Below are positions 20,783 through 29,929 of a stretch of DNA of 64,000 bases, one piece after another. A program made the translations under genes and the position numbers. The first letter of the stretch is position 1. Each line of letters starts with the position of its first letter. The DNA is taken from assembly GCA_965219995.1 (NCBI GenBank), contig CBDCOX010000002.1, positions 2,272,001 to 2,336,000 on the forward strand, given 5' to 3'. The notes under the pieces were generated by a model. That model was not told the DNA's origin. It saw only the letters and a list, made by a program, of their open reading frames with translations, and searched no databases. The DNA is from Candidatus Latescibacterota bacterium (GTDB taxonomy: Bacteria; Latescibacterota; UBA2968; GCA-2709665).

Positions 20783-21109
20783 ATGGTGAGGTATTTCTGG
20801 GAAAGGACACTAGACTTGGATGGATCATTCTTCCCGCCCGTAGAGCGCATAGAATATTACGATGATGGTGTGGCGAAAGATGCGAAAAAGTTACCCAAAC
20901 CCGTAGGGGAACGATTTCAAGAATTCCTACGTGACCTTAGAGACGGCCAATTGCCCAAATTAGGGAAGAACATCTCTCAAGTGTCAGGCGTCAAGAAGTA
21001 TCGTTTGAGCGATCAAATTCGCATAGCGTTTACTTTACAGGGAGATACCGTAACGATATTGTCCATTGGAGATCATGACGAAATGGACCAATTCTTAAAA
21101 ACAATCTGA
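20783..21109 (+). CDS. RelE/ParE-superfamily toxin
   Basis: KDAKKLP, KKYRLSDQIRIAF...ILSIGDHDE. Confidence 0.7.
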   Translation: MVRYFWERTLDLDGSFFPPVERIEYYDDGVAKDAKKLPKPVGERFQEFLRDLRDGQLPKLGKNISQVSGVKKYRLSDQIRIAFTLQGDTVTILSIGDHDEMDQFLKTI

Positions 21110-21160
21110 CGCCTCTGAGTAAGCCTCCAATCGCCTACCGCATTTTAAGCTCAATCTGCC

Positions 21161-21340
21161 TTATTGACAATTTCCGTTTACCGCGACTTTACTCGGTGGA
21201 TCTTTGGAAAACAACGCGCTGGCCACCTCCTCGGGCGCAGCGTCTATACCCATGTCCTTATTCAACTCCTCTTCCGAAGGATGAAAACCGCCACTGCCAA
21301 CTTTTGTGTTCTTCCTCGGCCTTCCTCGCTTGGCAGCCAT
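21161..21340 (-). CDS. Small protein with AT-hook-like KRGRPRK
   Basis: MAAKRGRPRK...; RBS AAAGGG. Confidence 0.45.
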   Translation of the reverse strand: MAAKRGRPRKNTKVGSGGFHPSEEELNKDMGIDAAPEEVASALFSKDPPSKVAVNGNCQ

Positions 21341-21546
21341 GCAAACGCCCTTTAATTCATCTGACTTTCTTCCGGTTGATTTCCCGCTTAAAAACCGCTC
21401 TGTTCGCTCCATCAAGCCCTCAGCGCCCTCATCTTCCGCACAGCCTATTCTGTGCAACGCACTGGCCGACGTGGCAAAGGATAACCCAAATCACTACCGC
21501 AATCAACATTCGCACCCTCACCCTCCGCATGCCTGAATAGTCAGTT

Positions 21547-21765
21547 TCAATCCTCTGCACTCTCGTACCCATCCGATCCGATTTGGACGTCGCCTTGTCC
21601 GTCCGAGCATTCGCCGACGTAGCGCAGCAGCGCCGTCTTGCCGGCGCCGGCAGGTCCAACTATCGCGATGATCTCCCCCGATCGCACGAAAAGCGGCAGC
21701 CCGACAAGCGCGAGAGCCCGCGCGCCCTTACGTCGGTACGTGATGTTGTCAAGGAAGAGGTTCAT
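21547..21765 (-). CDS. Truncated P-loop/ABC ATPase fragment
   Basis: GEIIAIVGPAGAGKT Walker A; ORF ends before the signature and Walker B motifs. Confidence 0.5.
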   Translation of the reverse strand: MNLFLDNITYRRKGARALALVGLPLFVRSGEIIAIVGPAGAGKTALLRYVGECSDGQGDVQIGSDGYESAED

Positions 21766-21801
21766 TTTTAATCACCCCATCAGGACGGATGAAAATTACG
21801 G

Positions 21802-21822
21802 CTGTCGCAATAACTGCGACAG
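21802..21822. promoter_or_regulatory. Palindromic operator-like site CTGTCGCA-N5-TGCGACAG
   Basis: 17/19 identical to the palindrome upstream of the WYL gene (44150-44170). Confidence 0.55.
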
Positions 21823-22165
21823 AGAACAGCCTTTAGCACTTGGCCGACAGCGGTTAGCAAGAAACGAAGAAACGATCCATTGACATCCGCACATATGAAG
21901 AATTCTCAACGACAAACGTTGTCTTTGCCTGGACCGCAGCGAGCCTCAGGTTGCGCAACGCAATCGGTAAGACATTCGAGATCTGCGGGCTCCAGCGTGA
22001 ATCGCGTAAGATGCTCCGATGTCTTCCCTGCAGAACAAGCGTACGAATTTAGCCACAGCGTTTGACGCCACGACACTAAAGGACGAATGGTTAGAGAACC
22101 AGTTGACAACGCGAATCAAAACTGGTAGTTATATTGCAGGGAATATAACCAAACGGAGGCTTCCG

Positions 22166-22420
22166 GTGAAAACCGCTCTCGTTCAAATCGGAAATTCGCG
22201 CGGCATCCGCATCCCTCGGGCGTTCCTGGAACAGTGTCACCTTCAGGACGTCGTGGAACTCGAACACCACGGCGACCATTTGATTATTCGCCCACCTGCC
22301 CAACCTCGATGCGGATGGGACGACGCCTTTCGCAACATGGGCATACACCAGGACGACAAACTGGTCGATGACCAGTCTCAGCCAGCTACCGAGTGGGACA
22401 CCACGGAGTGGGAATGGTAG
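22166..22420 (+). CDS. mazE: AbrB/MazE-family antitoxin
   Basis: LVQIGNSRGIRIP...GWDDAF...EWEW; CGGAGG RBS. Confidence 0.88.
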   Translation: MKTALVQIGNSRGIRIPRAFLEQCHLQDVVELEHHGDHLIIRPPAQPRCGWDDAFRNMGIHQDDKLVDDQSQPATEWDTTEWEW

Positions 22421-22737
22421 TTGCACGTTTCGACGTCTACCTGGTGCGGCTCGATCCTACACAAGGGCGCGAGATTCAGAAAACGCGCCCTTGTGTCGTA
22501 TTATCTCCGGATGAGATGAACCGGCACATAGAAACGGTCATCGTTGCACCGATGACTACAAAAGGTCGCACTTATCCCACCCGCGTCCCCTTGCGTTTTC
22601 AGAGAAAAGTCGGACAGATCGTGCTCGATCAGGTACGCACCGTTGACAAATCACGCCTGGTCCGTCGCCTTGGTAAGATCAGCGACAGGGCGGCGCTGGA
22701 GGTCCTTTCTGTGCTGAAGGAGATGTTCGCGTCGTAG
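22414..22737 (+). CDS. mazF: PemK/MazF-family toxin
   Basis: LDPTQGREIQKTRPCVVLSPDEMN, IVAPMT, LDQVRTVDKSRL. Confidence 0.92.
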   Translation: MVVARFDVYLVRLDPTQGREIQKTRPCVVLSPDEMNRHIETVIVAPMTTKGRTYPTRVPLRFQRKVGQIVLDQVRTVDKSRLVRRLGKISDRAALEVLSVLKEMFAS

Positions 22738-22902
22738 TTTTCCGCGTCCGTGGTCTTTAGATACGCAGGTTACCGACACCCACCTGGCGATCCGGTAAGG
22801 ATGTATCGCGACAATTCAGCCGCGTTGGTTTCCGCTGACGGCGCAAGCCCTCGTGCCGGGTGCGCCACCAAGCTCCCGAAGTCTACAGAAGGAGCGTTCC
22901 TG

Positions 22903-23214
22903 ATGAAACCTTCTGTCCCATTTGAGAAACACCATTTCGAATTCCTCAGCCATCCGGACCGGGCTCGCGCCTATCTGGAGGCGGCCCTGGAGGATTACGC
23001 CACGGATCACGACAGGTCGGCCCTTCTGTTTGCGCTCAAGGACGTCGCGACCGCAAAAGGCGGGCTGGGAAAATTGGCGCTGAAGGCAAATCTGAACCGT
23101 GCCCACGTGTATAAGACGCTTTCCGGAGACGGCAATCCTCGCCTGGACACGATGGAGAAAATCCTGAACAGCCTCGGCTTCAGACTATCCGTCGAGCCAC
23201 TGGCAGAGCGGTAG
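22903..23214 (+). CDS. Addiction module antidote protein (HI1420-type XRE HTH), no adjacent killer gene
   Basis: AYLEAAL..ALKDVA.AKGG..LA...LNRAHVYKTLS..GNPRLDT. Confidence 0.85.
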   Translation: MKPSVPFEKHHFEFLSHPDRARAYLEAALEDYATDHDRSALLFALKDVATAKGGLGKLALKANLNRAHVYKTLSGDGNPRLDTMEKILNSLGFRLSVEPLAER

Positions 23215-23238
23215 GGGCGACCGGCCGGTTTCCTCTAC
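23211..23238 (+). repeat. GTAG-type REP element
   Basis: GTAGGGGCGACCGGCCGGTTTCCTCTAC. Confidence 0.65.
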
Positions 23239-23320
23239 AGGTACCGCCCGCTGATGAGCCGACGTATCCGGGTAACCGACTGTCCGTAGGCGCTTCACAG
23301 ACGGATGCGGCTTCAGATCA

Positions 23321-23902
23321 CTATGGCATAATCTCCTTCATATAAAACCAGAAAACAAACTCCTGGCGAACTCTCCCAATCTCTACCTTCATCGGCAACC
23401 CAAACCTGCCTTCCTTCACATATTGCGGAATAAATGCTCTGATATTCCAATTCATTCGAACTCTGCCTCTGTTGAAATACTTCCTGGCCAGCAGAGCAGG
23501 ATCAGTCTCATTGTCAGGTAAGAGAGTTAGCACCGGCATTTGCGGCAAGGGAACTTCATTGACCCACAGCCACTTTTTGGAAGGATCCGGCAATATAGTT
23601 GTCGGCCAATAGATCCTTATTCGCTCTTGCGAAACATTAACGAAAAAGACCTCCACCATATGTCTGGGAAAACCGAACTGTATAACAAAGTCCTTTGTCT
23701 TGAACCCGGGTAACGTTGTCATTCGCTTTTTGATCATTCCGCTTTTAGCAGTAAGGTCTTTTACATCGTGCCAACTGACATCCGGCTCCACAATCTCACC
23801 CACAATATCGGGTGACTCTACACCCGTAAATTCAATCACAGTGTAGGCTTTGTTTGCGGCGCAGCCAAAAGCCAGTAAGCCGATCAATAGTAACCTGGTC
23901 AT
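23321..23902 (-). CDS. Hypothetical lipoprotein (low GC)
   Basis: MTRLLLIGLLAFGC lipobox. Confidence 0.65.
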   Translation of the reverse strand: MTRLLLIGLLAFGCAANKAYTVIEFTGVESPDIVGEIVEPDVSWHDVKDLTAKSGMIKKRMTTLPGFKTKDFVIQFGFPRHMVEVFFVNVSQERIRIYWPTTILPDPSKKWLWVNEVPLPQMPVLTLLPDNETDPALLARKYFNRGRVRMNWNIRAFIPQYVKEGRFGLPMKVEIGRVRQEFVFWFYMKEIMP

Positions 23903-24001
23903 ACAGAAATAGTCCTACCCTACGTGCCCGCAGTTCTCCATATACCCGGAAGAGCACCTTACCCGTTCACCGCGCCCGCGTTCCGGGTGCGTATTCCTTG
24001 A

Positions 24002-24038
24002 GTTTCAATCCTTGTTTTAATGGACGATTCTCAGCGGG
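24002..24038 (-). CRISPR. Solitary CRISPR-like repeat of a family different from the main array
   Basis: Minus strand CCCGCTGAGAATCGTCCATTAAAACAAGGATTGAAAC with canonical ATTGAAAC 3' end and TCC..GGA stem. Confidence 0.6.
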
Positions 24039-24098
24039 TTGTCGGCCGCCCGGCGCCGCAAGTAAAAAGTACAAACTGGCGGGCGCCAGTCGATTCGC

Positions 24099-24959
24099 TC
24101 AGCTGTTTTCGGCGTCTGTCCTCACTTCGATGATCAACCTGCAGTGGTCGCTTGGTCCCCACTCGTGGACTTTGTTCATCGCCCTCACCGAAACCTTTTC
24201 GTTGAATCCGCACGACGCAAATGTGTAGTCCAATTGCCTGGTAGCCGAGGACGGTTTCCGTTTATTGGTACGAAAGGTCGGGACATTTCGACTCTTTCGG
24301 GGAAGTTCTTTCGGCCACGGGTAAGCCTGGCGGCCATGCGGAGCCTGGGGCCCGATGAACTGCAGCCCCAGCGCCTCCATTCTCGTGAAGACAGTCTCGT
24401 AACGGCCGGCCCAGTAAGCGTTGCCACCGTCGCCATAGCCGTACAGTATGTTCAAGTCTCCAGCCGCAAGAATCCGGTGTGTGGCCGGATTCTCCTGACC
24501 GATAAACGCGGTCAGGTCCGAGATGATTCGATGTGCCGAAGCATCAGCGTAAATCCAGCTGCTCTTGGTAGCCGGATTCGGCTTCAGCCAACGCCCGTAC
24601 ATAGAAATAGCGACGAATGGATCGTCCTCACTGTCGACCGGAATTACCTTCGCGGCGGCAATCGTCCCGATTCCACTTACGCCGATGTCGTTTTTACCGA
24701 GGTCACTGATCGGCGGCACCTGTCGGTAATGCTCGACTGCTATTCGATCGGACAACTTCACGACCATTGGCCATCGGTCGTACAGCTGGCGGTTCCAAAA
24801 CACCGCATCATCGTAATCGACCAGATGTACAAGCTCGCCCGGCGGACCGCCTGCTTCCTGCAGGAGCGCCAGGTCGGCCTCGCCGTCCTTCGCCATCCGT
24901 ACCAGTTCGCACCACGGCTGCGGTCGCTTGCCGATGTTCCAACTCACCACCTTAATCAT
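24099..24959 (-). CDS. Endonuclease/exonuclease/phosphatase (EEP) family protein
   Basis: VVSWNI, LLQE, AGDLN, QLDY, PSDH. Confidence 0.88.
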   Translation of the reverse strand: MIKVVSWNIGKRPQPWCELVRMAKDGEADLALLQEAGGPPGELVHLVDYDDAVFWNRQLYDRWPMVVKLSDRIAVEHYRQVPPISDLGKNDIGVSGIGTIAAAKVIPVDSEDDPFVAISMYGRWLKPNPATKSSWIYADASAHRIISDLTAFIGQENPATHRILAAGDLNILYGYGDGGNAYWAGRYETVFTRMEALGLQFIGPQAPHGRQAYPWPKELPRKSRNVPTFRTNKRKPSSATRQLDYTFASCGFNEKVSVRAMNKVHEWGPSDHCRLIIEVRTDAENS

Positions 24960-25089
24960 CCATACACCCCTCGTTCCTCGTTTCGATCAAACCTTGATTC
25001 CTGTGAAGGATACTCTTTGGGCGCAGTGCGACGGGCGGTAACGGACGTAACCCTGTGTTTCAATTTGGGCTGCGACCCAAGGCGGATTG

Positions 25090-25695
25090 TCATACGCCGT
25101 CTCGGTACTCTCCCTCACAGTACCTGCGAATTCTCAACCCAAGCTCTCTTGCGCTCTGAAAGGACCAACCTCGGGCGAAGTGACTGACACACGTGAGTTG
25201 GCACGGGAGATCCTGCCTCTGCAGGTAATTGGCAGCGGGCGCGCCGTGGGCAATCACCAACCTGGGCTCGACCTGGCGCAGGAGATAGTCGAAAGGCGCC
25301 GTGATTCTGCTTCGCTCGTCCAGGTCCGATGCCTGCTCAGTCGTTTTCGCGTATATGTTCGTCTCCAGGCATTTGACGGGATTGGCGCCCAAGACGACCT
25401 CCTCGATGATTCTGCGGGTGTTGCTTACTTCATTCCTTCTCTTCCTTCCGGGCTTCAGCGGGCGAGTCTTTCGCTCCTCCTTGTACTTCTCAAACCACGC
25501 GCTCTTGTCGAATCCATAACTGTCCGACCAGAAATCCCAGAAGTCATCCGACATTTCGCTCGCGGGATTGATACCTACGAGGAACGCATCACATGCAAGA
25601 GGCGAACCCTCACATACGAACGGTCGCAGATCGGTCGGCTTGCCGATCAGACACGCCAGGCCACGGCTGAACTCCGATAAACAACTCGTTTCCAT
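25090..25695 (-). CDS. Uracil-DNA glycosylase superfamily-like protein
   Basis: FLVGINP, ETNIY, LLRQVEPRLVIAHG, SHF; GGAGG RBS. Confidence 0.65.
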   Translation of the reverse strand: METSCLSEFSRGLACLIGKPTDLRPFVCEGSPLACDAFLVGINPASEMSDDFWDFWSDSYGFDKSAWFEKYKEERKTRPLKPGRKRRNEVSNTRRIIEEVVLGANPVKCLETNIYAKTTEQASDLDERSRITAPFDYLLRQVEPRLVIAHGAPAANYLQRQDLPCQLTCVSHFARGWSFQSARELGLRIRRYCEGEYRDGV

Positions 25696-25839
25696 TAAAC
25701 CTCCGTCACATTGACGTTCCAGGCCGACTCTGAGGAGGGCAAGCGTGGATCGGATGCCGGCCGGCGGCCACCGTCCGGAACCCCGGATGGAGTCTTCATC
25801 CTCGTCCTGATGGAAGACCTTCAGCGTACCGATCAAGCC

Positions 25840-26016
25840 TTAGTCAGTATCCAGATCGGCGAATCTTCGGTCCATCTCAGCCCAGTGAGCAAGCTGCTCG
25901 AGTGTCGGGACAGGCATCCCGGCCTTTCGATAGTCATCATCGGAATAGGGCGTCCCATCCGGATGCCAGACCTGAAAGGCGGCCGGTTCCTGTCGATTTT
26001 TGTTATCTTTCGGCAT
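25840..26016 (-). CDS. Small hypothetical protein
   Basis: MPKDNKNRQ...; RBS AAAGGA. Confidence 0.4.
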   Translation of the reverse strand: MPKDNKNRQEPAAFQVWHPDGTPYSDDDYRKAGMPVPTLEQLAHWAEMDRRFADLDTD

Positions 26017-26335
26017 AAGACGTTTCAATCCTTTCTCTGATGGAAGATTCTCGCCGAGCCCGTTATCCGCACCTGGTGCAATGGCACCCTGCTGGCGTCG
26101 GTGGTCGTCCACGCGGTCCTCCGTAGCCCTGTCAGGGATGTCTTGACACGTCCCGCGGTAATTACACGTACTGCATATCGCGGACCAGTTCAATGCAGTG
26201 ATTTGACCGGGAAGTGGGGGGTGAACGGCCAAGACACTTTGTTGTTAATTCTGCGGTTATCTGAGAAACTACGCGATAAGCTCTCACCAAACGGAAATGT
26301 CGAGAGATGAATCGATAATCTGAGCGAACCCTTCC

Positions 26336-28099
26336 TTAAGCCGTCGATGTTCCTTGTTTGCCGGAATTCTTCCCAAGTAGCCCTCGCAGTTTATGATGCA
26401 GAAGGTCGCGACGAGCTTCGTAGAACTCGTTAAACCCTGTGATTTCAGTTGGGATCTCACCCAAGTGATAACGAGTCACGAAATCGCTTGCCTGATCGGA
26501 ATCGAAGGTATCTGCTATCCACTCGTGCGGTAACCTATCGCGCTTGCTTTCGTTGACCTCGCCGGTGAGCAACTGCAGATTTGGGAGGCGGTTGACACGG
26601 TCAAGGAACTCTGGAATGTAAAGCTCATCCACACCGGCAGAGAGAAGGCGTGCACGCGTGAAGCGGCTCTTCGGAAAGATGTGGTCGATATGGAATCTAT
26701 TGCTTTGCACATCCACGAAGGGGTATAAGACGCGAAGTAAGGGGAACGTACGATCCTTCGACTCCACGAGATCATCGATCTCTTCTTCCTCGAATGTCAG
26801 GCTCTTGCCGTGTGTCCGCATCTCAGTTTCCAGTTGTGCGGACGGGAATGATTTCGCGCCATGTGTATGGATCACGTTCCTGAGCGAGGTGAGAAGGGTG
26901 TCAAGACCGCTGCCCCAAATCCCTCGCTTGACGAGTGATCGCAAAAGCCAATCTCGGATATCATCTCGATCTTGGCGGTACTGCGATTGAGACAAGAACC
27001 CGGTGGGTATATTATCCCTGCAATACAGGTAGTGAGCAATGGGCAGAACTGCGTAGTTTGCGCTTAGACTGGCCTGGGAAAAACCGAACCTTGCCACCAG
27101 TTCCACGGCTGTGCGTACCGCGCTCGTAATCCGGTCCCATTTTTCTTCAAGGAGCTTCATGTTGTTCCGATTGAAATTGGTCACCATGAAACGCACGTTT
27201 CTAACTCCAGCAAGCATAAGGCCTGATTTGAGCAGGAAATCCTGAGTGAACGCGAAACCGCTGCCAATCCGGTTTATTTCGTCCACCGTGCCGTGTATTG
27301 CCTCGCGAGCATCCAGTCTCTCCCACTGTGCTGTGGCGATACTCATCAGCATGTCGGAATAGCTTAGCGTCGTACCGCCACTGTTGGTACGAATAAAGAT
27401 ATCCAAAACCCTGTCTATATTTTGGTCATCTTCCTTATAGTGCGCGATAATCTGATCCGTATGTACGACCTTTTGTAACTTGCCAAGGACGTTGCCCGGG
27501 CGGCGTCGATTGCCAAGTTGCCTGTCGACGAGAATGTCGTTGAGATCCTGCCAGTGCTCAACCTGTAGGATTTCACCAACGGGGTACCAGCAGTGCTTGT
27601 CGTCCCGCCGTTGGGACTCTTCGTTGGTCAGGAATCGAAAGTCGTACCGCATATTTTGCTCGTTCTCCTCCGCGTCAGCGAGAAGATTCAGGCACAGTTT
27701 TCGCTTTGGAAATGAGGCTGGGTTGTTCCACCTTAGACGTGGCAGTTTGTAGGCGTAGCTACCTCGTAGACCAATGTTTAACGCCGTTAGTCGTTGCTGG
27801 CCATCGAGCACTGCGGTTACTTCATCTCGGGTGGGGACTCCTATTGAATCACAATGGGGGTTGTCCTTCTCGTGGTAGTGAAGCATGAAGTCGTAGAACT
27901 TGTACTTAGCGATGCTCTCGCGCTCGACGATCCAAAACAAAAACGATCCCATCGGGTACCCGCGCATCAAGCTGTCGAAGAGACATTGGATTTGCTCAGG
28001 CCGCCACACGAACTCTCGCTGAATCGCAGGAAGCACATACTGCCTGCCTTCAATTGCCTCAAGGGCTTTGCTGATCGTGATCGGAGTTTGGAATCCCAT
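26336..28099 (-). CDS. DUF262 + HNH (DUF1524-like) protein, GmrSD-like type IV restriction nuclease
   Basis: PAIQREFVW, LDGQQRLT, FIRTNSGG; C-terminal HIDHIFP...NLQLL...NESK; RBS AGGGAG. Confidence 0.85.
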   Translation of the reverse strand: MGFQTPITISKALEAIEGRQYVLPAIQREFVWRPEQIQCLFDSLMRGYPMGSFLFWIVERESIAKYKFYDFMLHYHEKDNPHCDSIGVPTRDEVTAVLDGQQRLTALNIGLRGSYAYKLPRLRWNNPASFPKRKLCLNLLADAEENEQNMRYDFRFLTNEESQRRDDKHCWYPVGEILQVEHWQDLNDILVDRQLGNRRRPGNVLGKLQKVVHTDQIIAHYKEDDQNIDRVLDIFIRTNSGGTTLSYSDMLMSIATAQWERLDAREAIHGTVDEINRIGSGFAFTQDFLLKSGLMLAGVRNVRFMVTNFNRNNMKLLEEKWDRITSAVRTAVELVARFGFSQASLSANYAVLPIAHYLYCRDNIPTGFLSQSQYRQDRDDIRDWLLRSLVKRGIWGSGLDTLLTSLRNVIHTHGAKSFPSAQLETEMRTHGKSLTFEEEEIDDLVESKDRTFPLLRVLYPFVDVQSNRFHIDHIFPKSRFTRARLLSAGVDELYIPEFLDRVNRLPNLQLLTGEVNESKRDRLPHEWIADTFDSDQASDFVTRYHLGEIPTEITGFNEFYEARRDLLHHKLRGLLGKNSGKQGTSTA

Positions 28100-28387
28100 C
28101 AGTGAAAACTCCCTTCGAATCGGGTTTATAGTTCCGACAGCGGAGAGCGCTTTGCATTCGTCATCGGTAGGCGGTGACGCACCGTCTGAATTCCATACCG
28201 CGGACTCTGCGGCTGCTGCCACAGGGCAGGCATCATGAGCGCCAATCTCCGTCTGGGCCTTGGCGGAGCCTCTGCGACGCTTGGTCGGCAAGTTCGTTCA
28301 GGTTTCAACACTTGCTCTCTTGGAGATGTCACTGCGGAATGTCGTGCGAATTCAATGCGCCGCGACCACTCGGTCTGTCGGTGCTGC

Positions 28388-29302
28388 TTAAACATCCTCG
28401 AACAGATAGTGCACCCACTTATTTGCGGCATCCGGGATGTCGTGTACGTCAATTACGTATTCCTGCCCTCTCCCCCCGGATTCGACATGGATCCACGGGG
28501 TGTCGCGACGACGCAATCTGACACTGCGACTACAACGTGGGTGGCCGTGGGCTGGCCAGAACCATTCAGGCAGTCTCCAGAACGAGCGTCGACACGATGC
28601 TCCTTTTTCGACTTCCTCCGAATCAGTCAAGACGATACGGCTGTCTTCATTCTGAAAAACGCCACCTCCGGGTACGTCTATTCCCTCTATATTGAGCCTC
28701 GGAGTCGACAGGTAGACGGCGTTGTTCAGAAGCTTGCGAAGACTGTGGGCACGTTCTATAAATGATCGATGGAAATGTGGGTGATCCGATAGCCATGGAT
28801 ACTTGAAGAGAGCGCGGTCGTAGTCGGCATCAGTACGAAGCGATAGGACCTCCTGCACTTGAAGCCAGCCGAAAAGCATATGGACTTTCGGTGCGGATCT
28901 AACTTGACGCCAATGCCCGGTGCCAACTTCCTCGACTTGCCGGAATGTTCCGAAAAAAAGAAAAAGGTCACCACGATCGACACCCTGGCAGTCCAAGTGG
29001 GTCTGTTCTCCATCTACTTGACCGAACGCCGGCCGCCAACCAAGTTGCCGTTGGACCGCATCTGTTCGAATATCCGGATCCAGATGGCACCAACACTCAC
29101 CTCTAACTTTACTAAGACTCTCCACGAGCGGCGAGAGCGAGCTACCGCCCCACGAGACGTCCCGAAATCGTTTCGATGACTTAGGATAACGCGGAGGTGC
29201 CGGAATTGGCAGGGAAAGGATTCTCCCGTCTGGGAAAATGGGGCTTGGGCTCCCTCCAGAGCTTGAGTCGAATCCCTTACGGCTGAGCACGATTCGCCTC
29301 AC
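28388..29302 (-). CDS. Nucleotide-modification-associated domain 3 (Nmad3)-like protein
   Basis: IVLSRKGFDSSSGGSPSPI..LSLPIP, HLDPD, FGQ, GDLFLFFG.F, HPH, GRGQEYV; AGGAGG RBS with GTG start. Confidence 0.75.
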   Translation of the reverse strand: MRRIVLSRKGFDSSSGGSPSPIFPDGRILSLPIPAPPRYPKSSKRFRDVSWGGSSLSPLVESLSKVRGECWCHLDPDIRTDAVQRQLGWRPAFGQVDGEQTHLDCQGVDRGDLFLFFGTFRQVEEVGTGHWRQVRSAPKVHMLFGWLQVQEVLSLRTDADYDRALFKYPWLSDHPHFHRSFIERAHSLRKLLNNAVYLSTPRLNIEGIDVPGGGVFQNEDSRIVLTDSEEVEKGASCRRSFWRLPEWFWPAHGHPRCSRSVRLRRRDTPWIHVESGGRGQEYVIDVHDIPDAANKWVHYLFEDV

Positions 29303-29480
29303 GTGTTGACTCCCTCCTGTACCTTTTTGAGGACTCCCGATATCCCCGACCATAGTGATGTGAGACATGGCACCGCTGGTGCATTCGTGTATGGATGGAC
29401 TGCGAGTTGCCTGAGAATCCAATCCCTGCTCTGATGCGAGAACCCCAACCGCCTCCCATTCGAATTATACCTGCGTATGG

Positions 29481-29699
29481 TTACCTACGTTGACGCACCT
29501 GCCAATTTCCCGGCATCAGTTGAAAAGTACGATGGTCCACCCGCACTATGTTCCACTGGCGGGCAGAAACGCGAGCGGCGTCAATTCGGTTTCGGACTTG
29601 CTTATTCGACAGCCGCATTTCATTCATCAACTCCTCGACCGTCGCCCCGTCAGGATACTTTTCCAGCACCCGTACGATTTCCGGCTTGTGTGTCGACAT
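29481..29699 (-). CDS. Small winged-HTH-like protein
   Basis: IVRVLEKYPDGATVEELMNEMRLSNKQVRNRI; GGAGGGAG RBS. Confidence 0.55.
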   Translation of the reverse strand: MSTHKPEIVRVLEKYPDGATVEELMNEMRLSNKQVRNRIDAARVSARQWNIVRVDHRTFQLMPGNWQVRQRR

Positions 29700-29929
29700 T
29701 GGCTCCCTCCCTATCAGCAAGACTGCATTGTGTGGATTGACTTCACTTAAGATTCGTAGAGGAAATCGACTCCTATGCGCGTCGAGATATGGGGATATGG
29801 AATCGATGCGTACAGAACGAGTTCCGGGATATCTTGTGATTCTCTGAGATTCCCATGATCGCAAACTAGGAGTAACTCTTCTGATTCTTGTAAACCCCTA
29901 ATTCTATAGGCGAGATCATCCACCATCCA

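Noticed and set aside
26180-26335. Possible IS-end-like sequences (also near 25040-25080)
   Set aside because: No matching partner inverted repeat, target duplication or transposase found
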